Assembly: GCA_018398765.1 (NCBI GenBank)
Contig: JAHBMJ010000097.1
Coordinates: 1-56,915, forward strand
Direction: 5' to 3'
Length of the DNA: 56,915 bases
Origin: Chromera velia
Lineage: Eukaryota
Part shown: positions 31,908 to 44,067 of the stretch, piece after piece
Layout: the number at the start of each line of letters is the position of its first letter
How positions within the stretch are numbered: the stretch's first letter is position 1
The notes under the pieces: model-generated
Told to the model about the DNA's origin: nothing
What the model saw: only the letters and a program-made list of their open reading frames with translations
Databases searched by the model: none
Position numbers and translations under genes: made by a program

Positions 31908-32627
31908 GTTTTGATGTTGCATAAGTGTTGCTTAGGTGTTGCACACACAAAAAAAGAAAAAAATAATTTAAGCCAATTCTGGTTTACTTTTTTTTTTGTT
32001 GTTGTGATACGCCTAGATCTAGTTGCATATCGAACCAGTTGAACGGCACGGGGGCGGAAAGCGACTCGGATGGTGCATAAATAATGATGACAATACTAAT
32101 AAATTATTATTATATTTGATTATAAATCTGTATCTGACATATTTTAAGGTTTTAGAGAATCTCAGCCATGCAAAACAAGTTATAAAGCAGCTTAACAAAC
32201 TGGTTGACAAAGCTTAATACTATAGTAGTAGTATATTTCATATATTTCTCGGTCTCCTTTTCTAGCTTTGTCTTCCCTCTCGGTCGTTTCCCCTGCGTTT
32301 CCCCTGCCACTGCAAGTCTGTTCCGATGCAAGTGGTTTTTAACCCTGGTTGCTTGAGGGTGGAGCTACCCTCTGTCTCTATTTCTATTTCCGCCTTAGCT
32401 AGGCTTTGATCCACTGGCATGCACATGCCCCAGTGGGGCCTAGGTCGAGGGATCGAATCTATGCAGGAAATACTAGGTTGGCCAGAGCCTATATGGCTCA
32501 CCGGCTTTAACCAATCAATCAATCAATCAATCAAACCTCATACATCATCATCATCATCCCTATCCTATCATCATCATATTTTAGAGTAATACAGATAGAC
32601 ATAGCGGGAAGGCCCAGTGCGGAACCT

Positions 32628-32661
<34 letters not shown>

Positions 32662-33209
32662 TCAGTACAGAAACTTCTAGAGAAACTTTGAATGACTTGC
32701 TAGATGACTAGAGGAGCAGCAGGCGCACCGTCTGATTGGGACCTAGATTGGGACCGTCTGAATCAAGCTCTAGATTAAGCTATAGGACTGATGGAAGCGC
32801 TGCAGTCCGAGCACGAGGTAGTATCCCGAATTGTGTCTGGACCAGGCGCCCGAGCTCTGTCTCAGACTGTTTGTCGCCAGGAGAGCGTGAGGCCATCGAC
32901 ATGCATGCTTCGAGATGCAACAGAGACTCCTCATCCGTCTCCAGACTTCAGACGTGTCTGCAAGGTAGAATGGGTGGAGAGACGGAAAGATGCATAAATG
33001 CATGGTTTCTCTTTTCTGTTTGGCACTCAATGCTTTGACTGACAATTTAAGGAGGCTGCATTGAAAAAGCTTGAACCGCTGTCTGCTAGACACTTCATTG
33101 ACCCCATAATCCCTTCGCCTTTCTGTGTGCATGGGTTCGCTCTCAAGATTTGAATGAATGGCAAGAAATGAGCTGGCGTGCATCCAAAGGTTTGAACGTC
33201 GGCAAAATT

Positions 33210-33495
33210 CTGAAGAGGAGAAGCGGAAGAGCGAGAGAAAGAGAAAGAGAAAGCGAGAGATAGATAGACATGCAGACAGACAGAAAGGCAGACAGAGAGG
33301 AAGGAACGAAGGGAAGGAAGGAAAGAAGAAACGAAGGGAAGAAAGGAAGGTAGGAAGGAAGGGAAGGAAGGAAGAACAGGAAGAAGAGAAAGAAAAAAAA
33401 GAAAGGGAGGGAAGGAAGGAAGGAAGGAAGGAAGGAAAGAGGGAAGGAAGGAATGAAGGAAGGAAGAAGGAAAGAAAGAAACACAGAAAGAAAAA

Positions 33496-33526
<31 letters not shown>

Positions 33527-33770
33527 GAAGGAAGGAAGGAAGGAAGGAAAGAGAGACAGACAGAATATATCGTCTTTTCTTTGCCCTTTTCTCTTTCTTC
33601 CTTCTCTTCTGTTTTTTTTTTCCTTCTTTTGGCGCGCTGCGCTCTCAGTGGAAGGGTACCAGAGCTCCAGGCCTTGAGCGTACCTTGCGGCCCTTCCTTG
33701 CTCAGTGCAGGCTTACGCCTTTGCACTTCGACAGACTATATAGTTTCTTTCCCTCCTCTTCTTCATGAAC

Positions 33771-33804
<34 letters not shown>

Positions 33805-34260
33805 TGTATGTTTCTTCTTCTTCTCCCTCCTCTTACTCATGAACACAGACAGACAGACAGACAGACAGACAGACGGACAGAAACAGCGAGAAAGAGAGCG
33901 AGGGAGGGAAGGAAAGAAGAAAAGAAAGAAAAAAAAGAAAGAAAAAAAGAAAGAAAGAAAGAAAGAAAGAAAGAAAAGAAAGAAAGAAAGAAAAGAAAGA
34001 AAGAAAAGAACGAAAGAAAGAAAGAAAGGAAAGAAAGGTAAAAAAAAAAAAAAAGAAAGGTAAAAGAAAAAAAAAGAAAGAAAGGTAAAAGAAAAAAAAA
34101 GAAAGAAAGGTAAAAGAAAAAAAAAGAAAGAAAGAAGCGAGCCCTCGGTGTGGACGGGCTCAGGGCGCGGAGACGCGGGGGAAAAAGAAGAGAAGAAAGG
34201 AAGGCAGGGAAACAAGAAAGGAAGGAACGAAGGTAGGGGCAAAAGAAAAGAAGGCCAGCT
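33210..34260. repeat. Purine-rich (GAAA/GGAA/GACA)n low-complexity block
   Basis: Directly visible. Includes several tandem GGTAAAAGAAAAAAAAAGAAAGAAA-type units near 34035-34135. Confidence 0.9.
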
Positions 34261-34692
34261 ATGAACAACAGAAAGAAACACAGACAGAGCCGAAACCCAC
34301 CACTGGGAGGCGGTCCCGAAAAAGTCACTGGGTGCATGTGAGCTTTGGGTTTTCCCTCGCCGCCCCTCGCTCCAGAACAGACACGACCTAGCTCTGTCTT
34401 TAACCCTCCCGTCTCAAGTCTGGAGCCTTCCATTGGACAGGCCATCCTCTGTCTCTCTCTCGACTCATTTCTTCGAAGACAACCTGCAAGTGCCCGTTTG
34501 AGCTCACTCGTTTCTCCTCTCTTCTCGCCCTCCTAATTCCCCTGCTGTCTGCCTCTTTTGCTCATTCTGCAACTGCGGCACTGTCTGCACATGCTTCCGT
34601 CCCATCTCTCATCCGCGAAATGAACGAAAACCCTTTCTTCGGCGAAATCGACTCAATCACACTCTCTAGCCTTCCCTCTCCTGCTTGACTCT

Positions 34693-35307
34693 TCAAGTCT
34701 CTCCTGGAAGTACATGGAAAAAGTGGAAAATCTGGGTCTCTTCCTCTTGAACCGCAACTACTGTGTTGCAAATGTTGCACGATACAGGAAGGAATCGCAC
34801 TTTCACAGCAGATTCCCCGTCTCCGTCCCCCCCAATTCCCTCCATTGCAATCGGCTCTCCGGAAGGACACATTATACTCGCACTGCTGCCGTCTGCCGCT
34901 TCAGGTGGCTGACTCTCAACAAACGTTCGCCGCCTTTTCCTTCCCCCGCCTCCTTCATCAACTGCCTCTTTGTACGTCTGCTCTGTGTGTACGGTGCAGT
35001 TGTACGCAGAAATCGCTCTGTATTGGTTCGGGTACAGATCATGACCCTGACAGGAGTAACAAAGCTGAGTGAAACACCCAGGGCAGGATAACACTGCATC
35101 GGTATGTGGATGCGCCTCGGTTTCTTCCGCCTTTCCATCCGAGTCTCTCAGACTGCGCACAAACATCGCGTCTTCCTCATCTTCTTGTGCGTCAAAGAAG
35201 GTCTCCCCAGGCTCTGCAGCGTCTGCACTTGGCTGCCATTCAGATAGATGTGTTTCTAGTCTGGTGGAAGAGGAAAAGTCAGGAACCCAGTCGTCCTCGC
35301 AGTGCAT
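34693..35307 (-). CDS. EAPP: E2F-associated phosphoprotein (EAPP)-like zinc-binding protein
   Basis: TDAVLSCPGCFTQLCYSCQGHDLYPNQYRA...NC and PVSCNICNTVVAV...IFHFFHVLP match the Eapp_C pattern. Acidic N-terminus. Confidence 0.88.
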   Translation of the reverse strand: MHCEDDWVPDFSSSTRLETHLSEWQPSADAAEPGETFFDAQEDEEDAMFVRSLRDSDGKAEETEAHPHTDAVLSCPGCFTQLCYSCQGHDLYPNQYRAISAYNCTVHTEQTYKEAVDEGGGGRKRRRTFVESQPPEAADGSSASIMCPSGEPIAMEGIGGDGDGESAVKVRFLPVSCNICNTVVAVQEEETQIFHFFHVLPGET

Positions 35308-35373
35308 CGTTCTTTTCTCGGACGGCAGGCGACAGAAAGGGAAAAGATCACCTAAGGATCACGAGCAGAGCAA

Positions 35374-35657
35374 GGATAGGTCACTCCTATTGGCTTCTCA
35401 GACGATGAGACAACTTTTGTGAAACCCCTCGCAATTTGTTGGGAAACATGCACAGAAATCAGATAAAACAGCTGTGCTGAGACTGCGTGGGGGGGACAAT
35501 CTGCAAGGTGTTTCGCACGTTGTAAGAGAAAGGTCAATGACGTCCGAGTATGGAATGACGCAGTGAGTCGTTCAAGATACTGAGTGGTCGGGGGAGAAAG
35601 AGGGACGAAGTCAACGAGGCGGAGATAGGCGGAGAAAATTAACCTCTTAATCGACTC
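35374..35657. repeat. Non-coding segment duplicated at 41845-42209
   Basis: Collinear shared blocks GGATAGGTCACTC, ACAACTTTT, GGGGGGGACAAT, TCAATGACGTCCGAGTA, AAGTCAACGAGGCGGAGA. Confidence 0.85.
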
Positions 35658-36102
35658 TTCCGCTGGTGGGTGCATGAAGAGGAGACGGATTCAAGAGACG
35701 CGCGCGCGCAAATGCGCGCGAACGAAATGCGCGCGAACGAACCTGAAGGGGATTTTATGGGGATTTTAAACTGTATGCAGGCATGGCTTCCAAGCATTAA
35801 TTTCCAAGCTATACATACGTATTTCCATGTACGTACGTATCAATGACTGCAGTCTGAAGATTGCCCGACTTTTGCTTCAATCACCATATTAGTAACTGGA
35901 CCCTGAGGGAACTTGTCCAGACAGTTGCACAGAATCTCAAATGGCAGTTAGAAAGGATCGAGTTGAATCGGAGCAGTTCTGTATAGCAACACCTATAGAG
36001 CAACACATGCATGAGCAACACGTAACACGCAGATGCTGCAGTAGCTACTGTTTGTCCACCACTGAGTCTGCTCTTTTTCTTCAACTTTGATGCAAAACCT
36101 TC

Positions 36103-37797
36103 TTGGCCAGCTTGATTTTCTCTCTGATCGTCTGGAAGGAGATGAAGAGAGAACCCTCCCAAGCAGCCACGGAAGTAACTGTAAACCTGCGTCTTGTGTG
36201 CAGAGACTTCAATTCCGCATGCTTGCAAGATCCTGCGGGAAAGATTACTATCCTTGCACAGATCTTCGAAGGATCACAGCATGATTCCCATACCGTACTG
36301 CGTGATTTGCTCCTCCAAGAAGCCCGCTTCCGCCCAGAAATCGATCTGGTGATCTCTGCACTGCTTCAGACGAGGAGGATGGGCGATCTCCGTTACCTGA
36401 AGCTTCTTCACCTGTATCCCCCCTCGGTCGATCGTTTCCCATGCAGCAACAGCATTCTATCCCAAACAGACCTTACTGCAACTGGCAACGCCAATTGCAG
36501 AGGTGAGAACGGCTGTATCCTTTAAGGATGCAAAGCGATTTCAAGACAGGCTGCGGACTGTTCTGTCTTTTCCGTCGGGAGGGCCCGGGGGGCAGAATTT
36601 GGGACTGAGCTGGCATGGAGGGCCCTGAAGTGCGGAACTTTCAGGGCTCTCGCCCACTTAAACAGCCGCACAGGAATCTTTTAAGAGCGTCTCTGCAAGA
36701 CCTTGCAGACCTGGTCCGAAAGGGACATCCCGACGATCTGTCTGTGCTGCTGAATTTTGTGTCAATCCACAGAGTCCCTGGCAGACACAGCGTTGAGGGG
36801 CAGTTAATGAGAATGGTTGCCCTGAAACAAATAAAGAAAATCATATCCCTGAAACCTGCAACGCTGAGGACAAACCCCACACACGCAATTCCCAGAATGG
36901 CAATATGAGCATTCTTGACTGGCACAGATTCAGAGAGTGTAAAGCAGCTGCTTGCCTGAGGGGCACGCGTCGCGGGAGAGTTGGGCGGGCACGAAGGAAT
37001 CTCTGTGTTGCGCACAAACCTCTCCGCCCAGTCTTTTTCAGATTCCTTTTTGACAGCAGCTGCGATCGAGAGCGTCCCAGGTCTCGAGGGGAAAGTCACA
37101 GAGGACAACGCTCCTTTCCTCGTTCCCCTCATTGAGCGAGACGGGAAAATGCAGATCGACGTTGATCTCATTTCAAGAGTCTTACGTGCACGTGAGACGG
37201 GAGTGGGGGGAGAAGGCGACTCAGGTTCTGTTGAGGGAGAGGGAATGGGAATCGGGGCAGGGGTTAGAGTGGAGGATATTTTGAATTCCTCCCATTGCAG
37301 ACCAGAGGATGTTGAGTTTGTTGGGAGCGTGTTGCCCTTCGTTACGTTGGTTCAAGAGGGGGTACGTAGAGTGGCAAAAACCTTCCGCTCTGCAGCCGGG
37401 CACCCTCTCTTGCCGTACTTTCTTGCCATCTCCGGCTTGAGCGTACCGCTTCCGACGGACCCTTTCTTGGGCACCAGAGCGCCGGTGAGGGGGGTTCAGG
37501 AAGCGCGGGGAGGGTCGTCAGCCTGTATAGAGGCTTTTCAAAGAATGCTTCGGGCCAACCATCCGATCACGGAGTGGTCCTATGAAGAGTTGCATGGAGA
37601 AGATGGGGGATCATGCGACCTTCGGTTTTCTGTTCAGAAACATGGAAATCCGAAACGGTCGATTCGTGTCAGCGAACAAGGACGCCGCCACCCGAGAGGA
37701 CAACGACACCCTCGGCAGGCTGGCCAACAGCCAGAAGCTGACCGAGACCATCATTCCCGCTGAGCGTCGGGACCTGTGCGCAAGTAGGTCAAACTGA
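36103..37797 (+). pseudogene. Frameshifted intronless coding relic of unknown family
   Basis: Successive protein-like ORFs in different frames (36103-36525, 36615-36908, 36981-37763, 37582-37797), with no microsatellite-rich introns between them. Confidence 0.45.
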
Positions 37798-37905
37798 ATA
37801 AGTGTTTAGAAACGTGAGCGAAAGTGTGCGAGTATGGGTGAGACTCACCTGTGCGTGAGAATGCGTTAAGCCTGAATTGACGCAGCTTTTTCTCTTTCGT
37901 TCAGA

Positions 37906-37957
<52 letters not shown>

Positions 37958-38203
37958 TGCGTCCACAAAGTAGAGGATGCCTTTCACCGATCCCGTGAAA
38001 CGCCTGTCGGCAGTTGTAGACGCAAGAAGCACCTTCTTACACTGTCTGAACTTTTGTTTATGTTTTCTGCTGTCTGTTTTCCTTTGTATATGAAAGCACA
38101 ACGAACAAAATTTACAGATAGAAAAAAGAAGAACATATAGTTTGTTTGTGTCTGTGTGTCTGCATTCTTCTGTTTGTGTGTGTGTCACACAGTGTGTGTG
38201 TGT

Positions 38204-38246
<43 letters not shown>

Positions 38247-38364
38247 AGTTCCTACTTCGACATTGTCAATGAATCTAGTCAATGAATTGTTGCACGCAGG
38301 AGGGAAGGCGCTTTGGATGACTTCGTGGCGTGGGCAAAAACCGCGGGACTGTAAACGGGGCTGG

Positions 38365-38406
<42 letters not shown>

Positions 38407-38529
38407 GAGAGGGAGAGAGAGAGAACCAGAGAGAAGAAGACGCAGCGAACTCACTCTCCTGACCGATCCTCTGAAACGAACGCCGCCGACCCTGTTCCGT
38501 CGTTCATCGACAAGGAAGCAGAGGAAGTG

Positions 38530-40070
38530 AATGATGAACAAGCACAGCGTGAGGATGGACAGATGGCCCCCGAAGAAGTCCATCAACGTCCCGACACCAC
38601 CACCGACACTGACCACAAGCATGAGACTGCCGACACCCCGAAAGAGTACGACAGCTCTGAGCCCCCCAGCGCCCCCCAGTCTCTTCGACAGCCAGTCCGA
38701 GGGATCTTCCGACTCGGAGTCCGACAGCGATTACGAAGACAGCGACTCCCGATTTCAGAGTGTTTCTCGAGAGGCGGTCTTCATGCAGATGGAGCAGCTT
38801 GACAAGGAAAACGCGACAGAGAACGTGCTCAACTCATACAAAGGCAGGTCCCTTATACAGTGAGCGGACTTCTATAAATCCAGCACATAAGTTTGCGCGT
38901 ACCTTCTCACCTGACTGTCGGAGTTTTCTGCGGGGAAGGGGAGATCGCGACTGTCTGTGTTGCTCTTTTTCCCTGCGGTGCATGTTTTTGTTCTTTCCCC
39001 TTTTTGTGTTGTGCGCCGTGTCTTTGGCTCCTTCGTGCAGGATCAGTAGAATCATTGTCTCCATCTCTGCAAAGCGTGTTCCCCCCAAATGGCGACCTGT
39101 CTCTTGCTGGCCCGCTGTCTCATCATGCTCAGAGTCTCTCTCTGAGTCTCTCAACCAGAAAACTCCTGATGATGACTCAATTGGTTTACCCCGAGGGGGC
39201 TGCAATGAAGGCAGCAATTTGGCAAGGAGAGCGGGGGTTGGAGGACGACATGGAGGTACGGGCAGAGTACAGAGTATTGTCTCGTTTCACCGTGGAAGGG
39301 TGCCCTGCAGCCCAGGTGAGGGCTGATGATGGAAGCAGATTCCAGATTGTTTATGGGAGGTCTGGAACGATGATTCGCCTGATTGGAGGAGATCTAGATC
39401 AATCTGGTCATGAGACCCTTTGACTTCTTCGTCTCTGCCAAGGCTGTTCAGATCCTGGACACCCAGCTTGCCTTTGCCTGCAAGAACGACAACATGTGTG
39501 ACCGAGGGTTCCCGGAGAACCTCTGCTGCGACTTCTGTAACTTTACCAGGATGGGTTTCTCCGAAGGCGGGGTGACCCTGGAGTCCTCTGAGGCGCGGGC
39601 GTTGGAAACAGAGCTCAGCCTGCAGGCGCATGCAGGCCAGGGCGGGCAAAGCACCGCGGTGTGTGTTCAAAACTTGCCAGGGAACCCTTCGACCCCCTGC
39701 AATGCCCTCAAATGGACTGTGATCAGTTTCGTTGGGGATCGCGTGGTGGCCTCTGATCTGAGTGAGTCCTGCAGGAGTTCGATGGAATTTGAAGAATCTT
39801 TCCTCTTGATCCTGTTCGAATTTGATGAATGCTTCCTTTTGATCCGGTTTCAAATTGTATTCAATCATGAGTAAAAAGGTGGCTTGGCTAAGCTCGTTAC
39901 AATGCCATTCTCTTGTCTGCAGATGGCGTTTCGATGACCATCAAGAACATCCCAGCGACCGTTCCGTTTCGGAAGGGCGTCTGGCGGACATACTCCGAAA
40001 CAGAGGGCCGGATAAACTTTGACGGAGAATTGATTCTTCCGAAAGTGGGTCGATTGAGCTTGTAGTGCCC
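38530..40070. other. Possible degenerate coding region; strand and product unresolved
   Basis: High-complexity GC-balanced sequence with overlapping 110-190 aa ORFs on both strands. No recognised motif. Confidence 0.25.
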
Positions 40071-40104
40071 ATGTATGAACGCTTTCAGAAAACAAAGAGA
40101 AAAG

Positions 40105-40565
40105 CAGAGACAAAAGGAAAAGGAAAGAATGAAAAAGGAAGAAGGAAAGTCTTAGAGGGAAACTTTAAGAAAAAAGGAAGGCAAGGAAGGAAGACAAGAG
40201 GGAAGAAAGCCTGAGAAGGGAAGGAAGGAACAAAGGAGTGAAGACAAGAAAGAAGAAAAGAAGAAAGGAAGGAAGGAAAGAAAGAACGAAGAAAGAGGGA
40301 AAAAGGGTTTTTAAGAAAAAGGTGAGTGAGAAAGAAAGAACGAAAGGAAGAAAGATGAAGAAAGCAAGAAAGGAATTATAACGGGATGGAAGAAAGGAGC
40401 AAACGAAGAAAGGAAGAAAAGAGGAAAGGAAAGAAGGAAATAAGCAAGCAAGTACAGAAGCAAGGAGAGAAGGAAGGAAGGAAGGAAGAGAGAGAGAGAG
40501 AGAGAGATCATGGAGAGACGGACAGAGGGAAAGAGAGGGAGAGGGGGGGAGAGAGGGAGAGAGAA
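40105..40565. repeat. Purine-rich low-complexity tract
   Basis: GAAG/GAAA/GA repeats. Confidence 0.9.
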
Positions 40566-41844
40566 CAGCTCGGGGATGTATCGGGGATGTGCAAGCGAGT
40601 GCAGCGGAAGTCGTTGAAAGCAATAAAGACTGAGTTTAGAAGAACTTCAAATTGAGGAGAGAGGTGAACACGTGCAAGTCAAGGGGGCAATTTGGGGTAA
40701 TTTAGATAGAAATGTAGAGTGATAAAAGGATTCATGCCCAGTTTTGTGATTTTTGAATATCAGATAAGATTCTGTTGCATTTCATTGGCCCTGTGGATGC
40801 AGGGAAAGAGAAAAGATCGAAATGTCGGCTGAGCAAAAATTTAGATCCGACGAGAAAATGTTGAAGCAACTGTGAATTCAGACATCTCAGTGGATGGGCG
40901 CAATTTCAAATTTGAACCAGCAGACTGAGCTTAGAGATCATCACACGCCATCGCGATCAGCCGTAGCGGTTTGTGGTCCTCGAGTGAGCAGCTGCTGTGC
41001 AGATGCAGAAGATGACATAGGAAGATGACTCTCGCTTTCTACGATGCAAACTGGTAAGATGTGGGGTGGGCTGGGGGCAAGTGTGCTGCTGAGATTGAGT
41101 CTCTCGAGTGGCGTGAAAGGACAGAGACGGACATATCGGGGCTGTGGGGGCCGGCGTTACTGCTGCATCGTTCATGAGTGCCATTGTGATACACAGATCG
41201 ACAGGCTGGTTCCAAGTGCATGCCTGAGTGGGAAGCTAGAATTGGCTGCAACGTCCTGTGTTGTACAAACTAGAGTACAGAACATGCACTGTCGTGCATA
41301 TTCAGGCCTCCTCGTTCCCTAGAGTGGTGACGTGCTCTAGGGCATGCTACTAGCGTTCGGCCAGTCACAACATGCAACTTGAACGCAGACTAAAACGATT
41401 TCTGGCTTTATGGCTAAGTCTTGGATGTTATTAGATATTTAACATTTATACTGTAAATTGTACATGTAGTTAATTGAGTTTATATAGTATTTCCCACTGT
41501 ATTTATTCATTCATACTCTAAAAACATCATTTTACTTAATTTATTGATGGACTGCTCAATTGAATCATGAATTGATTTATTGATAGGACCGTGACTGAGT
41601 GCCTTCCTATTATGTTTGTATCGATCGTAATAATATATTATAGTACATCATTATCATCATTATTATACTTCATTATCATCGGCTACCATCGGTTTATAAC
41701 TTTTAAAAGACTATAAATATGTGTGTATCGTAGTGTATCGCTATGTATCGCTTAGTACTGAGTCGGTGGTAGTTGGCAGCAATTTAAGCAACAATCTACT
41801 TATGTACGTGGAAAACAGTCGACATCAGCGCAGAGGATAGGTTT

Positions 41845-42209
41845 GGATAGGTCACTCTTATCGGCTTCTCTCAGACGACGAAACAACTTTTATGAAAATT
41901 CTCGTAATTTATTCGGAAACATAGAATAATAGAGAAGTTATTTCATAAAAGTTAGATCAAACAGTTGTTCTCAGACCGCAAGGGGGGGACAATATGTAAG
42001 GTGTTTAGGATGTTGTTACTAGTTGTTACTACGTTATAAAAGAAATATCAATGACGTCCGAGTACATACTGGTATGTACGTTTGAGTATCGAATGATGCA
42101 CAGAGTTGTTCAGGATACTGAACTATATTGAACGGTTATCTGTGAGAGGGAAGGAGAGAAATATATAAGGACAAAGTCAACGAGGCGGAGAAAATAAACT
42201 TCTTGACTC
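41845..42209. repeat. Diverged, more AT-rich copy of 35374-35657
   Basis: Same collinear blocks with several insertions. Confidence 0.85.
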
Positions 42210-42237
42210 AGTGTCAGATTCCCTGCATGTCAGTGCA

Positions 42238-42486
42238 AACCTCCCTAAACCTAAGTGCCACTTAAAAAAATCTAATCAAGATGATCTCTATCTGCGGTAT
42301 TGTTTTTCAAGAGACCATCTACGCCTATGCCGGTCTCTACGCCTATGCCTGCGGCGTAGACGGTCAAGACACCATCCAGATATGCGGCTTTGGCTTTCAA
42401 GAGACCGTAAATGATCCGCACGGACTTTCAAGCTTATCCAAAAATGTGGCTTGAACTTTTAAGTGGTAGTTAGGTTCAGGGAGGTC
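42238..42486 (-). mobile_element. MITE, third copy (249 bp, inverted orientation)
   Basis: AACCTCCCTAAACCTAA...TTAGGTTCAGGGAGGTC, flanked by the perfect 8-bp TSD TCAGTGCA (42230-42237, 42487-42494). Internal sequence is the reverse complement of 1904-2137 with a small internal duplication. Confidence 0.92.
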
Positions 42487-43037
42487 TCAGTGCATGTGAA
42501 GATGGTACGTGCAGAGGGCCTGTGCGGCGCCGCGCTGGGAGATGGACGATGCGCACGATTGCGCACGCGTCCCGCGGCCGGGGCGCATATCGCGGGACCG
42601 CGGGCGAGGCGACGCCAACGAAGGCAAAAATATCCCGTGACTTAATTGAACTCATGAAGAGTCACTTGATCTGCTCTGTTACTCAACCCCTGACTCTGTG
42701 GCTCAGTACATCGAATTCCCCACCTGGACGGAAGCTGTGCACAAGAGCGGTTGCTAACTGGTTTGCCGTGTGCCGTGCAGAATCGGCTCGTACTGACAGC
42801 CAGATCTGCATGCATTTGTGGGGTTGATCCTAGATCCAGTACCACTGGTGTTGATCTCGGAAGAGAATATATTCTGTGTCGGCCTGCTTACTTTCACTTG
42901 CCCTGGCTAAGTCCTTTCTTCCCTAAATAGCACAATGTGTGCAAGGGAAATCTGATCAGCCGTCATCTCCACCACAGAAGAGACTCTTTGACACAGAGAA
43001 CAAGAGAGACGGTCGTATTCAAGTAGACTCTCTGACC

Positions 43038-43999
43038 ATGACAGAGTAAGTCTGGCACCTCTTCAGTCTGAGAGCCTGATCTCATTTGGAGCAGGCACTT
43101 CTCGGTCCTCACTCTTATGTTGTCTGCCTTCATCCACTCCCCTGCCATGCCTGCGTGCAGCAACGAGGTAATCAAGCAGAGGTTCCAAGACGCGTTCAAG
43201 GAATTGATCCTCGTGAAACGCGACCCAAATGAAGGTGAGCGAGCCTGTAGGCCGCGTTGTGGAGGGCGTTGAAAGAGAAGATAGAATATCTGCCTTAGTG
43301 AGATTGCTACATCTCACCGAGCAGGCACAAATAGGACGTAGAGGAGACACGCAGGACGTGTCTTTTTTTTGCACCCTTCACCAGAGGGGGCAAGGGATTC
43401 GCCAGGCGTATATGAACATGTGCAGACAGACTTTTGCGTCGAGACGATCTTCTCCATCTACGCTTCTCCCTTCCCCCCCCTTGTTCTGACTCCTCTGCAG
43501 CCGCCAGTTTGGCCATCCAAGTCGCCAAGGGTTCCCTTACCCTTGAAGAAGCTGTGCAGGCTGCCACAGCCTCAGCCTCGCCCTCCGCATCAGCATCAGC
43601 ATCGGGTGCGAACAAGGCAGAGGGCACAACAGCTGAAGCAGGGGGGAAGGAAGGGGCGTGTGCCAGTCCGAGCCCAGGAGTAGACACGCAGTCGGGGGGG
43701 GAGACTGTCGAAACGGAGACGGGGGTCGAGGGGGCCTCGAGTGCAACTCCGTCTCAATCCCCCGCGGCTGGGGGTCCATTTGGGGGGTCTGGAGTGGGGG
43801 GGAGCGCGAAGAAGAAATCCGCATGTGAGACGATAGCAGACCTCGTTTTGTCGGTGGAGGAGGATGACTGCGTAATGCGGGGGGCAGAGCCGACGAGCCA
43901 TGCGGACAGAAGGATCACCGACACCCTTCTAGAGCAATGCGCAGGTGTGTGCCAGATGTTGATGTAGATGTGTGACTCTCTCTCTCTGTCTCCCCCCCN

Positions 44000-44067
<68 letters not shown>

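Noticed and set aside
32770..34445. Long 170-318 aa ORFs (K/E/R-rich or F/L/S-rich)
   Set aside because: Translations of purine/pyrimidine microsatellite tracts.
43229..43489. ORF-track start of the HECT gene (MKVSEPV...)
   Set aside because: It runs through a strong GTGAGC donor at 43235, so it is better read as intron.
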